Assembly: GCA_964016885.1 (NCBI GenBank)
Contig: OZ024743.1
Span: 151,032,001 to 151,096,000, forward strand
Direction of reading: 5' to 3'
Source of the DNA: Eledone cirrhosa
Lineage: Eukaryota
Length of the DNA stretch: 64,000 nucleotides
Part shown: piece by piece, positions 14,016 through 28,333 of the stretch
Layout: each line of letters begins with the position of its first letter
Numbering within the stretch: position 1 is the first letter of the stretch
Translations under genes and position numbers: made by a program
The notes under the pieces: model-generated
What the model was told of the DNA's origin: nothing
The model's input: only the letters and a program-made list of their open reading frames with translations
Databases searched by the model: none

Positions 14016-14445
14016 ATATTATATATATATATATATTATATATATATATATATTATATATATATATAGTATATATATATATAGTATATATATAGATATAT
14101 AGTATATATATTATATATATAGTATATATATTATATATATAGTATATATATTATATATATATATAGTATATATATATATATATATATATAGTATATATAT
14201 TATATATATAAAGTATATATATATATATATATAGTATTATATATATATATATATAGTATATATATTATATATATAGTATATATATTATATATATAGTATA
14301 TATATTATATATATATATAGTATATATATATATATATATATAGTATATATATTATATATATAAAGTATATATATATATATATATAGTATATATATATATA
14401 TATAGTATATATATATATATATATAGTATATATATATATATATAT

Positions 14446-14501
<56 letters not shown>

Positions 14502-14559
14502 ACTCTTTTACTCTTTTACCTGTTTCAGCCATCCGGCTGAGGCCATGCTGGGGCACCGC
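14502..14559 (-). mobile_element. 58-bp 3'-end-only copy of the CR1/L2-like LINE at 16172-20540
   Basis: Identical to the LINE 3' end at 16172-16230: stem-loop TCAGCC/GGCTGA plus (TAAAAGAG)2 tail. Confidence 0.85.
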
Positions 14560-14626
14560 ATATAGTATATATATAGTATATATATATATATATATATATA
14601 TAGTATATATAGTATATATATATACT

Positions 14627-15202
14627 TATAAATAGTACATTATGAAGAGAGAAGAAACATTTAGATATAATAAGTAATAAAATGTATCATACCTAAACTG
14701 CTCCTAGATTCCTCGACTACGTAGTTTCGTGGCATAAACAAAAACAATACATCATAAAGATATAGAGACCCTGCGAGGTCTGCCGACTTATCAAGAGGAT
14801 ACCTCATTTTACTAGTCTGAAGAACGTGTCTACACGACGTGAGAAAGAATCCCAAAAGGCGGAGGGGGAGATAGTCACGCGATATAACGGTCGAGAAACA
14901 GAGCTAAGCCTCTTATAACCCCGAAGAAAATACCACAAAGGCGGAGGGGGTATTTATATCAAAGCCGTAGAAGAGATGGTGAAGGAGGCGAGAAGTATGA
15001 GTAATGGCAGCTTTCCAGCAGTCACTACACTTCAAAGATTACTCAACCAGAGGGAGTTATTAACAATATATTTAGAAACACACAGATACATGCGGACACA
15101 CACATATACATGAATGCATCCACACCCAACCGTGAGTTAAGGGTGCCAACCTCACCGATGTTGCTCAATGAATGACTGGGACAGACCAATCCGGTTGAAC
15201 AC
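14627..15202 (-). mobile_element. Probable PLE 3' region carrying a hammerhead, fused to an RTE fragment
   Basis: Non-coding island ending in TA, containing the hammerhead at 14710-14799. Confidence 0.6.
14710..14799 (-). ncRNA. Type I hammerhead ribozyme with U3-A8 core variant
   Basis: Minus strand: TCCTC-TTGATAA-GTCGGCA...TGCCAC-GAAA-C-TACGTA-G-TC-GAGGA. Stem I TCCTC/GAGGA, palindromic stem III, GUC triplet. Confidence 0.8.
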
Positions 15203-15786
15203 TGCCCAGGTCTCACTACCATGCAACATTGCTGTTCGTATGCAGGCATCGTACAACCTGCCTTTCATTTTTAGGGAGAACCCTTTAGCAGCTAATAGTG
15301 GTATAAGCTCTCTGAACTTTTTCCAACCAGTTCTGACTCTAGCTACAGTACTTTCAGAGCACCCTCCCCCACTGCTGATTTTATCGCCCAGGTAACGGAA
15401 GCTGTCCACTATTTCTATAGAACCCTCTGCGCAATTGAAAGAGCTAGTATTTTGTGGGCACTTGCTGCTACTTATTGCACCAGAACACCGGCCACATGTA
15501 AAGTCTATGTTCTTAGTTAGCTTACCTGTGATCCCACTACATCTTTTATGCACCCATACTTTGCATTTAGGACATAAGATGGAGTTTCTACCTACGCCTT
15601 TCCTACATACCGAGCACGACCATTTCCCAGAAGGGACCGCCGCCTTGTTTTCTTTCCTACAAACTAGAACTTTGGTCTTAGCCAGGTTAATTTTAAGTCC
15701 TTTTGACTCTAGGCCGTGCTTCCATGTTTGGAATTTCTTCTCTAGCTCGGCCATTGATTCCGCTATGAGTGTCAGGTCGTCTGCGT
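15203..15786 (-). mobile_element. Internal fragment of RTE family C (YADD to HGSETWA, including the PHD-like finger)
   Basis: 200-aa ORF nearly identical to part of 34087-36048; lacks both ends. Confidence 0.92.
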
Positions 15787-15797
15787 ATATATATATA

Positions 15798-15849
<52 letters not shown>

Positions 15850-15880
15850 TATATATATATAGTATATATATATATATATA

Positions 15881-15938
<58 letters not shown>

Positions 15939-15961
15939 TATATATATATATATATATATAG

Positions 15962-15992
<31 letters not shown>

Positions 15993-16006
15993 TATATATA
16001 TATATA

Positions 16007-16070
<64 letters not shown>

Positions 16071-16092
16071 TATATATATATATATATATATA

Positions 16093-16142
<50 letters not shown>

Positions 16143-16247
16143 TATATATATATATATATAGTACATATATATACTCTTTTACTCTTTTACCTGTTTCAGC
16201 CATCCGGCTGAGGCCATGCTGGGGCACCGCCCTTGTTGCTACACATT

Positions 16248-19200
16248 TTATCTCCAGCCTGTATAGGTTGGCCACTGGTGTAGGAGGGAGTTTGTTGCTG
16301 CTGCCCTTAGGTTTCCCTCGTGTCTTGCTGTGGGCTCATCCGGGATCCTGGATAACAATGTGTCGAGATGTTTCTTAAAGACATCCACGTCATGCAAGTC
16401 TCGCAGATGCCTCGGCAGCCTGTTGAAGAGTTGAGGGCCCTTGAATCCCAGGCTATTGCAATACCTGCTCCTTATTCTAGATGTGGAAGACGGGACCTTT
16501 GGCACCACACAGTGACGTCCTGTTCGACGGTTGGTCCAGCTCCCAATGCCAAAGTCTGGTGCTAGTCCCTCCAGGATTTTCCACATGTAGATCACTGCGT
16601 ATCTCTCCCGTCTTCGCTCCAAGGAGTAGAGGTTCAGTTCCTTCAGCCTCTCCCAGTAGCTTGTCTCCCTCATCTTGGCAATCCTCTTGGTGTAGCTTCG
16701 CTGGATTGCCTCAAGCTCCGTGGTTAGTTTGACACTATGGGGTGACCACAGCTGGGAGCAGTAGTCCAGGCGGCTTAGGACAAAAGTCCTCCACAGTGTC
16801 AACATGGTGTCAACATGGTGTCTCGATCTCTTGTAAGGAAAGTCCTCAAGATCCAGCCAGCGAATCGTCTACATACTGTCGCCACCTTCATGTTGTGTGA
16901 AGAAAAAGATGCATCATCGCTCATGTCTATGCCCAGGTCTCGTATCGATTTTGACACGGGGATATTGGTCCCTCCTGGTCCTGTGTAGCTGTGTTCCGTT
17001 ATATTTGTGTTTGTGTTTGCAGGTTTGTATTGTAGGGCTTGGAATTTGCCAGCATTAACTGCATGTTGTTTTCTTCCGCCCATCTGTATATGGCATCCAG
17101 ATCCTGCTGTAAGAGGGCAGCGTCAGCCGGGTTTTTGATTGCCTGTGCTACCTTAGTGTCATCAGCATAGCTAGTGAGGGATGTTGTTGCATGCACCACA
17201 GAGGGCATGTCCGAGAGAGCCACCAAAAACAGTAGTGGTCCCAGGACTGTCCCCTGAGGCACCCCACTTGTTATCGGTGTTTCCCTCGAGAGGGCCCCAT
17301 TTGCTGCGACTGCCTGGCTCCTGTCCCTTAGGAAGCCATGCAGTCATTCACCTACTTTTCCAGTTATGCCGAGTCCGTGTAGTTTGTGACATATCATTCC
17401 GTGGTCGACCTTGTCAAAGGCCTTCGCAAAGTCAAGATATATCACGTCTACATGTGAGCTGTCTAGTAGTTGTCTCAGTACCCAGTCGTAGTGATGTAGC
17501 AGCTGTGTAAGGCAGCTTCTTTCTGGGCGGAAGCCATGTTGCGTGCTAGTCAGGCGGTCATTTTCCTCGAGGAAAGTGATTAGTTTCTTTCTGACGACTC
17601 GCTCCATGACCTTACTGATATGCGACGTCAGGGAGACTGGCCTATAGTTCTTGGCCTCCGCTCTACTACCTCCTTTATGGATAGGGCATATTGTGCCTTC
17701 TTTCAGCTCCCTGGGTAGTACACCGCTAGCCAAGGAGCTTCTGAAGAGCATCTTCAGTGGAGTTGCTAAGGCCCGTTTACATATTTTTAGGAGAACTGCT
17801 GGGAATCCATCAGGTCCAGCAGCCAAGTCTGTTCTAATTTCATCAATGGCGTACACCACATCCTCCTCCGTTATGTCTATGTGGTTGATGGTTGCCATTT
17901 CTTGATGTAGTGTTGTGGCATCAAAGAACTCCTCTGGCTTCGTTATTTGCATGTGCCTCAGTGGACATGTGAAGACACTTTTGTACTGTTCGTTCAGTAT
18001 TTCACATATCTCTTGGGGATTTTCGGTTAATGAACCGTCCGTGTGGAAGAGTGGTCCAATCTTGCAGTGTACTGAGGCAGTTTCTTTTGCAAATTTAAAG
18101 AAGGCCTTAGGGTTTGTTTTAATGTTTTCTATGGCCCTGTTCTCTTTCCTTGCCCTCTCATTCTCATGTGAAAGCTTGAGTGCAATCTCGGTGTCAAGTA
18201 GTACACGTTTCAAATAGGATTCCTTCTTGTTTTGGTTTTGTTGACTATTCAACTGGTTTGAGAGTTTAGTTCTACGTCTCATAAGGATTTTCCTATCTCT
18301 GGGAATAAGATTTTTGTGTCTGTTTGCCTCTTTCTCCGGGACACACTTTTTGCATATGGTGTGTATCGTTGTCATGAAGTGTTGAAATTGTGTGTTAGTG
18401 TCTTGTGTGGCGATGTTTGCACTCCATGTTTGCTTCTGGATTTCACTCTTAATCTTCTTCCAGTCAGCCCCGTAGAAGTTAAGGCTGGATAGCGTCCCGG
18501 AGCTTCTTGGTGGTTTTGTCTCTGTTGGTTCTCTTGGACCACATATCATTAGCTCTACCAAGTTATGATCCGAGAGAATTGTTGGTGTCACCTTTACATT
18601 GTGGATGAGCACTTCGTTGTTTGTAAAACAGAGGTCCAGGACATTTTCGCCTCTTGTTGGGAGGAGTATTGCTTGCTCCATGAACAGCCTGTGTGTGAGG
18701 GCCAGCAGGGATTCCGTCTGTCTCTGTTCTATTGACGTCATTCCAGGGAGGAGGTGGCCCTCAGGCCATTTGACCTTTGGTAGGTTGAAGTCTCCCAGCA
18801 GTAGGATGTTGAGACCCTGATCCAGTTTGTCAAGGACCTCTTCTATCCTACTTAGGCTATCCTCAAATTTACCCTCATGACTGGGGGCATCGGGCGGCCA
18901 ATATGTGACACATATTACCGTCTGTAGTTGCTTCATATGTATTATCAGTGTGTCACAGACTGAGTTTGAATGTGTCAACAGTACAATTGGTGTGACATCT
19001 TCACGGATATACAGAGCAACCCCACCATGAGTTCTCTCCTTCCTGTCCGAACGAAATACAGTATATTTCGGTATATGTATTTCTGCATCTGCTATACTGC
19101 TTGTCAGGTGCGTTTCGGTTAGTGCCATGCATAGTGCTTGATTGCTTATGGCTAAGTCTCCCAGGTAGGAAATTTTACTCATGTTGCTGAGTTTCACCAG

Positions 19201-19293
19201 GCCCCTGACATTCAGCAGCAGCACTGGTGTGACTTTTGGGGTGCCAGTAATGGCTGTCGGTATGACACCTGGTCTGGTGTCAGCGGCGGCCAC
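16248..19293 (-). pseudogene. LINE ORF2 (AP endonuclease + RT), broken by one stop and frameshifts
   Basis: Track ORFs 17344-19293, 16999-17262, 16799-17083 and 16248-16805 are consecutive pieces. Confidence 0.9.
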
Positions 19294-20150
19294 TTTGGGT
19301 CCCTTAACTGCGGTGGTCTCGAGTGCTGGTGTGGATGACCCTGGCTCTGGAGACGATGCAGCCAGGTCAGCTGTCCCACAATCTTCTCTGCCATCACTAA
19401 AAAATTTTTCTGATCTGCTGCTGCCATCTGTATCTCGTCGGCATGTGCGTGCCTTCTCCTTGTTGGTGCAGCACGCGCGACATCAGCATACTTCTGGAGC
19501 GGCTTATTTCGGCTAAGGCTGGGGCATGTTGCGCGAGTATGATGGGCATAGTTCGTTTGAGACCTAGGGTGGGCGAATCTGCATCCCATCCCTGTCTCTC
19601 CATGCCAGCATGTCCCATTCTTGAAAAACTTGCACATTACTTGGGGTTTTTTGCTCCCAGTGTCTCGGTGCTTTCTGTTCTTTCTTTGAACAGTTGTCCA
19701 CTGGTCCCTCTGCGCTTGGTTCTCCTTCGGAAGGTGATTTCGCTTTTCACCTTTGCCCTTAGCTTGTTGGTTGCCCGGCCTGCCCTCCCTGCCTGTAGAG
19801 GAGGGTATATCATTTTCTTTCAGGTCCGTGCTTGTGCTCTCCTCCTTTTCTTTTTCTTTTTCCTCTTCCTTTTCCCTCTCCTTCCCCTCATCCCTCCCTT
19901 CGGTTTTCTCCTCCCTGAGGACACGGCTTAGCATCGCCATATGAGGCGCTATGAGGACATACGCCTTCTCAATTTCTTTTCTCTTTCTCTCTATCTGTAC
20001 CAGGGTCCGCAGAAACCCATGGCTCTTCAGGTTCTCAGCCATCTTTTTGCTTGGTGGAGACCCATCAGCCATAGTCCACCCCTTGATCAAAACCGCTAGT
20101 TCCATCTTCGACCAGTTTCGTTGACTCCTGATTTCACATTTTTCCTGCAT
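19212..20150 (-). CDS. LINE ORF1-like protein with N-terminal Myb/SANT-like segment and CCCH zinc finger
   Basis: RNWSKMELAVLIKGW...; CKFFKNGTCWHGETGMGCRFAHP (C-x7-C-x8-C-x3-H). Lies immediately upstream of, and overlaps, ORF2. Domain names are my inference. Confidence 0.65.
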   Translation of the reverse strand: MQEKCEIRSQRNWSKMELAVLIKGWTMADGSPPSKKMAENLKSHGFLRTLVQIERKRKEIEKAYVLIAPHMAMLSRVLREEKTEGRDEGKEREKEEEKEKEKEESTSTDLKENDIPSSTGREGRPGNQQAKGKGEKRNHLPKENQAQRDQWTTVQRKNRKHRDTGSKKPQVMCKFFKNGTCWHGETGMGCRFAHPRSQTNYAHHTRATCPSLSRNKPLQKYADVARAAPTRRRHAHADEIQMAAADQKNFLVMAEKIVGQLTWLHRLQSQGHPHQHSRPPQLRDPKWPPLTPDQVSYRQPLLAPQKSHQCCC

Positions 20151-20362
20151 ATTTTGCTGTGGAGGGGAGAAAGAGAGAGACAGTGGGAAGTGTAGGGTAG
20201 AGGTTAGAGAGGTACAGAGTGAGGGAGGGAGATAGAGATATAACTCCAGCGAGAGAAAAAGAAAGAGAAACAGAAGAAAAGAAAAGAAAAGGGGGAGACA
20301 GAAGAGGGGAGCGAGAGAGATAGCGGGAAGAGTGGGGGGGGGAGGTCAGAGGGAGAGAGAGG

Positions 20363-20396
<34 letters not shown>

Positions 20397-20465
20397 CTCG
20401 TTGATCTAGAGAGAGGGAGAAAGAGAGCTCGTTGATCGAGAGAGAGGGGGAGAGAGAGAGAGAGG

Positions 20466-20496
<31 letters not shown>

Positions 20497-20780
20497 GAAG
20501 GAAGGAGAGAGATAGAGACAGCGTGAGCAACAGCAGTTCATAAATATAAAAATAAATTTTTAAATTTAAATTAATGAATGGAAGAAACCGGAAACATAGA
20601 GATATAGAAACACGATGTAAGTTGTATATATAAGGTGGATGTAAATGTTTGTTTACAAATATACGAAATTATTGTAATATCAGCATATCATACAAGAAAC
20701 AACGAAATCGGGTCAAATACAGATAAGATTATACCAAATCAAACAAGATTATAGTGTATATATATATATATATATATATA

Positions 20781-21869
20781 TCATCATCACCGTTTTACGT
20801 CCGTTCTTCCACGCTAGCATGGGTTAGACGGGTTGTCCTGTTGTGGGCAGTGTCTGGTCGGCTGACCATGCCTTGCTCATACAGGAACTGATCTGGCTTG
20901 ATTTCTACAGCTGGATGCCCTTCCTAACACCAACCTCATTTACAGTGAGTGCTGGGTGCTTTTTCGTGGCGCCTACACGTCCACTTTACAGTGTGGGCTG
21001 GGTGCTTTTTTGCCGTGGCACCTCCACGACCACCTTGCGGTGGGGGGGGGGCATATTGTTTATATGCTTCAGCATGTACCCATGGGAGGTCGGGTACCCT
21101 GTATTACTGCGTGACGCCAGAAGTCACGGTCGTGTGTCATTGACTTTGAGAGGTGTAGTTGGGTAAGGTCGGCTTTTATCACCTCATCCCAAGTCATCTT
21201 GGGTCTCCCCACTCCGCGGTTTCCATCAACTTCTAGTGCTCTGCACCTTTTTATGCAGCTGTCATCCTTCATACGCATCACATGTCCATACCAGCGTAAC
21301 CGCCCTCTCCTGCACGCAGCATTTGATTCCTCTTATGCTCAGTCTCTCTCTCAATTCATTTATGCTTTGTCGTTCACGTATATTACTGTTACACATCCAT
21401 CGGAGCATGCAGGCTTCGTTTCTCTCTAATCTACGTAAGTCTTCCACCTTCAGCGCCCAGGTCTCACTACCATGCAACATCGCTGTTCGGATACACGCAT
21501 CATACAGTCTGCCTTTCATTCTGAGGGAGAAGCCTTTTGCAGCTAGCAGTGGTAGTAGTTCCCTAAACTTCTTCCATCCCGTTCTTACCCTAGTTATTGT
21601 ACTTTCTGAGCACCCACCTCCGTTGCTAATTCGGTCACCTAGGTAGCAGAAGCTGTCTACTGTTTCTACAGGCCCTCCCAGAGATTGGTGGTACTTGTTT
21701 CCTGTGGCTGTTTGCTTGCTGTTTCAGCACAGCTGCTGCATGTGAATCCTACATTCTTAATTAAGCTTCCTGAGATCCCGCTACATCTCTTGTGTACCCA
21801 TTGTTTGCATTTGGGGCAAAGAATGGAGTTCCTACCTACACCTTTCCTACATACTGAGCAAGGCCATTT
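20781..21869 (-). mobile_element. 5'-truncated RTE family A copy
   Basis: Near-identical reverse complement of ~3601-4697 with a 1-bp frameshift near 21300. Confidence 0.95.
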
Positions 21870-21967
21870 CATAGTATATATATATAGTATATATATATAT
21901 ACTATATATATAGTAAATATATATAGTATATATATATAGTATATATATATATAGTATATATATATAG

Positions 21968-21998
<31 letters not shown>

Positions 21999-22276
21999 AA
22001 TATATATATAGTATATATATATATATATATATATATAGTACATATATATAGTATATATATATATAGTATATATATATATATAGTATATATATATATATAT
22101 AGTATATATATATATATATAGTATATATATATATAGTATATATATATATATATATAGTATATATATATAGTATATATATATATATATAGTATATATATAT
22201 AGTATATATATATAGTATATATATATAGTATATATATATATAGTATATATATATATATATATAGTATAAATATATA

Positions 22277-22314
<38 letters not shown>

Positions 22315-22387
22315 TATATATATAGTATATATATATATATAGTATATATATATATAGTATATATATATATAGTATATATATATATAG

Positions 22388-22433
<46 letters not shown>

Positions 22434-22753
22434 GTGTATATATATAGTATATATATATAGTATATATATATAGTATATATATATAGTATATATATATATA
22501 TAGTATATATATATAGTATATATATATATATATATAGTATATATATATATATATAGTATATATATATAGTATATATATATATATATATAGTATATATATA
22601 TAGTATATATATATAGTATATATATATATATAGTATATATATATAGTATATATATATAGTATATATATATAGTATATATATATATAGTATATATATATAG
22701 TATATATATATAGTATATATATATATAGTATATATATATAGTATATATATATA

Positions 22754-22791
<38 letters not shown>

Positions 22792-22929
22792 TATATATAT
22801 ATATATATAGTATATATATATAGTATTTCCAATCGATCGACTTTCGTCAAATCGGACCGAGGAAACAATGTTTCCATTGGTCTTTCCAATTGCTAATACT
22901 ATCTATCGGTCGCAACTCCATGTAGAAGG

Positions 22930-23047
22930 AGCAACGTGAAATAAAGTGTCTTGCTCAAGGACATAACGCATCGCCTGGTCCAGGAATTGAACTCACAACC
23001 TTACGATTGCGAATCCAATTCTCTAACCACTCAGCCACACGCCTTCA
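22930..23047 (-). mobile_element. tRNA-derived SINE head
   Basis: Minus strand GAAGGCGTGTGGCTGAGTGGTTAG (A box)...GAGTTCAATTCC (B box), then TGTCCTTGAGCAAGACACTTT. Confidence 0.75.
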
Positions 23048-23167
23048 CTATATATATAGTATATATATATATATATATAGTATATATATAGTATATATAT
23101 ATAGGATATATATATAGTATATATATATATATATATATATAGTATATATATATAGTATATATATATA

Positions 23168-23209
<42 letters not shown>

Positions 23210-23540
23210 TATATATATATATATATATATAGTATATATATATATATATATATATATAGTATATATATATATATATATATATAGTATATATATATATATA
23301 TATAGTATATATATATATATATATATATAGTATATATATATATATATATATATAGTATATATATATATATATATATAGTATATATATAATATATATATAT
23401 AGTATATATATATATATATATATAGTATATATATATATATATATATATAGTATATATATATATATATATAGTATATATATATATATATATATAGTATATA
23501 TATATATATATATATAGTATATATATATATATATATATAG

Positions 23541-23573
<33 letters not shown>

Positions 23574-23596
23574 ATATATATATATATATATATATA

Positions 23597-23778
<182 letters not shown>

Positions 23779-23795
23779 GTATATATATATATATA

Positions 23796-23843
<48 letters not shown>

Positions 23844-24577
23844 TATATATATATATATATATATATAGTATATATATATATAGTATATATATATATAGTA
23901 TATATATATATAGTATATATATATATAGTATATATATATATAGTATATATATATATAGTATATATATAGTATATATATATATAGTATATATATATATAGT
24001 ATATATATATATAGTATATATATATATAGTATATATATATATAGTATATATATATATATAGTATATATATAGTATATATATATATATATATATAGTATAT
24101 ATATATATATATATATAGTATATATATATAGTATATATATATAGTATATATATATAGTATATATATATATATATATAGTATATTATAGTATATATATATA
24201 GTATATATATAGTATATATATAGTATATATATATATATATATAGTATATATATATAGTATATATATATAGTATATATATAGTATATATATATAGTATATA
24301 TATATATATATATAGTATATATATAGTATATATATATAGTATATATATATAGTATATATATATAGTATATATATATATATATATAGTATATATATATAGT
24401 ATATATATATATAGTATATATATATATTATATATATATATATATATATAGTATATATATATAGTATATATATATATATAGTATAATATATATAGTATATA
24501 TATAGTATATATATATATAGTATATATATAGTATATATATATAGTATATATATATAGTATATATATATAGTATATAT

Positions 24578-24611
<34 letters not shown>

Positions 24612-25086
24612 GTGTATATATATAGTATATATATATATATATATATAGTATATATATATAGTATATATATATATATATATAGTATATATATAAGTATATA
24701 GTATATATATATAGTATATATATATATAGTATATATATATAGTATATATATATATATAGTATATATATATAGTATATATATATATATATATATAGTATAT
24801 ATATATAGTATATATATATATATATATAGTATATATATATATATATATATATAGTATATATATATATATAGTATATATATATAGTATATATATATATATA
24901 TATATAGTATATATATATAGTATATATATATATATATAATATATATATATAGTATATATATATATATATAGTATATATATATAGTATATATATATATATA
25001 TAGTATATATATATAGTATATATATATATATATATAGTATATATATATAGTATATATATATATTATATAGTATATATATATATATA

Positions 25087-25124
<38 letters not shown>

Positions 25125-25240
25125 TATATATATATATATATAGTATATATATATATATATATATAGTATATATATATATATATATATATATAGTATATAT
25201 ATATATATATATATAGTATATATATAATATATATATATAG

Positions 25241-25273
<33 letters not shown>

Positions 25274-26076
25274 TATAGTATATATATATATATATAGTAT
25301 ATATATATATAGTATATATATATATAGTATATATATATATATATAGTATATATATAGTATATATATATATAGTATATATATATATAGTATATATATATAG
25401 TATATATATATAGTATATATATATATAGTATATATATATATAGTATATATATATATAGTATATATATATATAGTATATATATATATATAGTATATATATA
25501 GTATATATATATATAGTATATATATATATAGTATATATATATATAGTATATATATATATATATATATATAGTATATATATATAGTATAATATATATATAT
25601 AGTATATATATATATATATATATATAGTATATATATATATAGTATATATATATATAGTATATATATATATATATATAGTATATATATATATAGTATATAT
25701 ATATATAGTATATATATATATATAGTATATATATAGTATATATATATATATAGTATATATATATTATAGTATATATATATATAGTATATATATATATATA
25801 TATATAGTATATATATATATAGTATATATATATATATAGTATATATATAGTATATATATATATAGTATATATATATATATATATATATATAGTATATATA
25901 TATATATAGTATATATATATATATATAGTATATATATATATATATAGTATATATATATATATATATAGTATATATATATATATATAGTATATATATATAT
26001 ATATAGTATATATATATATAGTATATATATATATATATATAGTATATATATTTATATATAGTATATATATATATAG

Positions 26077-26108
<32 letters not shown>

Positions 26109-26148
26109 ATATATAGTATATATATATATATAGTATATATATATATAG

Positions 26149-26182
<34 letters not shown>

Positions 26183-27594
26183 ATATATAGTATATATATA
26201 TATATATAGTATATATATATATATATAGTATATATATATATATATAGTATATATATATATATAGTATATATATATAGTATATATATACATATAGTATATA
26301 TATATATACATATAGTATATATATATACATATAGTATATATATATACATATAGTATATATATATATATATAGTATATATATATATAGTATATATATATAT
26401 ATATAGTATATATATATATATATATAGTATATATATATAGTATATATATATAGTATATATATAGTATATATATAGTATATATATAGTATATATATAGTAT
26501 ATATATAGTATATATATAGTATATATATATAGTATATATATATATATATAGTATATATATATATAGTATATATATAGTATATATATAGTATATATATAGT
26601 ATATATATAGTTATATATATATATATATAAATATATATATAGTATATATATATATAGTATATATATATATAGTATATATATAGTATATATATATATAGTA
26701 TATATATAGTATATATATATATAGTATATATATATATAGTATATATATATATAGTATATATATAGTATATATATATATATATAGTATATATATATAGTAT
26801 ATATATATAGTATATATATATAGTATATATATAGTATATATATATAGTATATATATAGTATATATATATATATAGTATATATAGTATATATATATAGTAT
26901 ATATATATAGTATATATATAGTATATATATATATAGTATATATATATAGTATATATATAGTATATATATATATATAGTATATATATATATATAGTATATA
27001 TATATATAGTATATATATAGTATATATATATATATAGTATATATATATATAGTATATATATATATAGTATATATATAGTATATATATATATATAGTATAT
27101 ATATATAGTATATATATATATAGTATATATATAGTATATATATATATATAGTATATATATATATATAGTATATATATATATATAGTATATATATAGTATA
27201 TATATATATATAGTATATATATATATAGTATATATATATATAGTATATATATAGTATATATATATACAGTATATATATAGTATATATATATATATATATA
27301 GTATATATATATATAGTATATATATATATAGTATATATATATATAGTATATATATATATAGTATATATATATATAGTATATATATAGTATATAATATATA
27401 TATATAGTATATATATATATAGTATATATATATATAGTATATATATATATAGTATATATATATATAGTATATATATATATAGTATATATATATATAGTAT
27501 ACATATATATAGTATATATATATATAGTATATATATATATATATATAGTATATATATATATATATATATAGTATATATATATATATATATATAG

Positions 27595-27683
<89 letters not shown>

Positions 27684-27924
27684 TATATATATATATATAT
27701 ATATATAGTATATATATATATATATATATAGTATATATATATATATATATAGTATATATATATATATATAGTATATATATATATATATATAGTATATATA
27801 TATATATATAGTATATATATATATATATAGTATATATATATATATATATAGTATATATATATATATATAGTATATATATATATATATATATATAGTAATA
27901 TATATATATATATATATATATATA

Positions 27925-27960
<36 letters not shown>

Positions 27961-27980
27961 TATATATATATATATATATA

Positions 27981-28030
<50 letters not shown>

Positions 28031-28063
28031 TATATATATATATATAGTATATATATATATATA

Positions 28064-28105
<42 letters not shown>

Positions 28106-28114
28106 TATATATAG

Positions 28115-28145
<31 letters not shown>

Positions 28146-28182
28146 TATATATATATATATATATATAGTATATATATATATA

Positions 28183-28222
<40 letters not shown>

Positions 28223-28249
28223 TATATATATATAGTATATATATATATA

Positions 28250-28283
<34 letters not shown>

Positions 28284-28333
28284 TATATATATATAGTATA
28301 TATATATATAGTATATATATATATATATATATA

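Larger units (their letters stand above)
16172..20540 (-). mobile_element. Near-full-length CR1/L2-group LINE: CT-rich 5' UTR, ORF1, ORF2 (APE+RT, disrupted) and (TAAAAGAG)n tail
   Basis: APE motifs LNVRGL, LTETHL, GDFNLP and SDHNLV. RT motifs YLDFAKAFDKVDH, PQGTVLGPLLF and YADDTK. C-terminal LYSLERRRER. In-frame stop at 17344, frameshifts and an 11-bp duplication near 16800. Confidence 0.92.

Noticed and set aside
14817-14850. Plus-strand CTGAAGA...GAAA as a second hammerhead (also CTGAAGA at ~44600)
   Set aside because: Stem II register and stems I/III do not close.
20134-20541. Ser/Leu-rich ORFs
   Set aside because: Translation of the (CT)n-rich LINE 5' UTR.
22975-23047. Functional tRNA gene
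   Set aside because: A and B boxes are present but the cloverleaf is imperfect and it continues into SINE body sequence.
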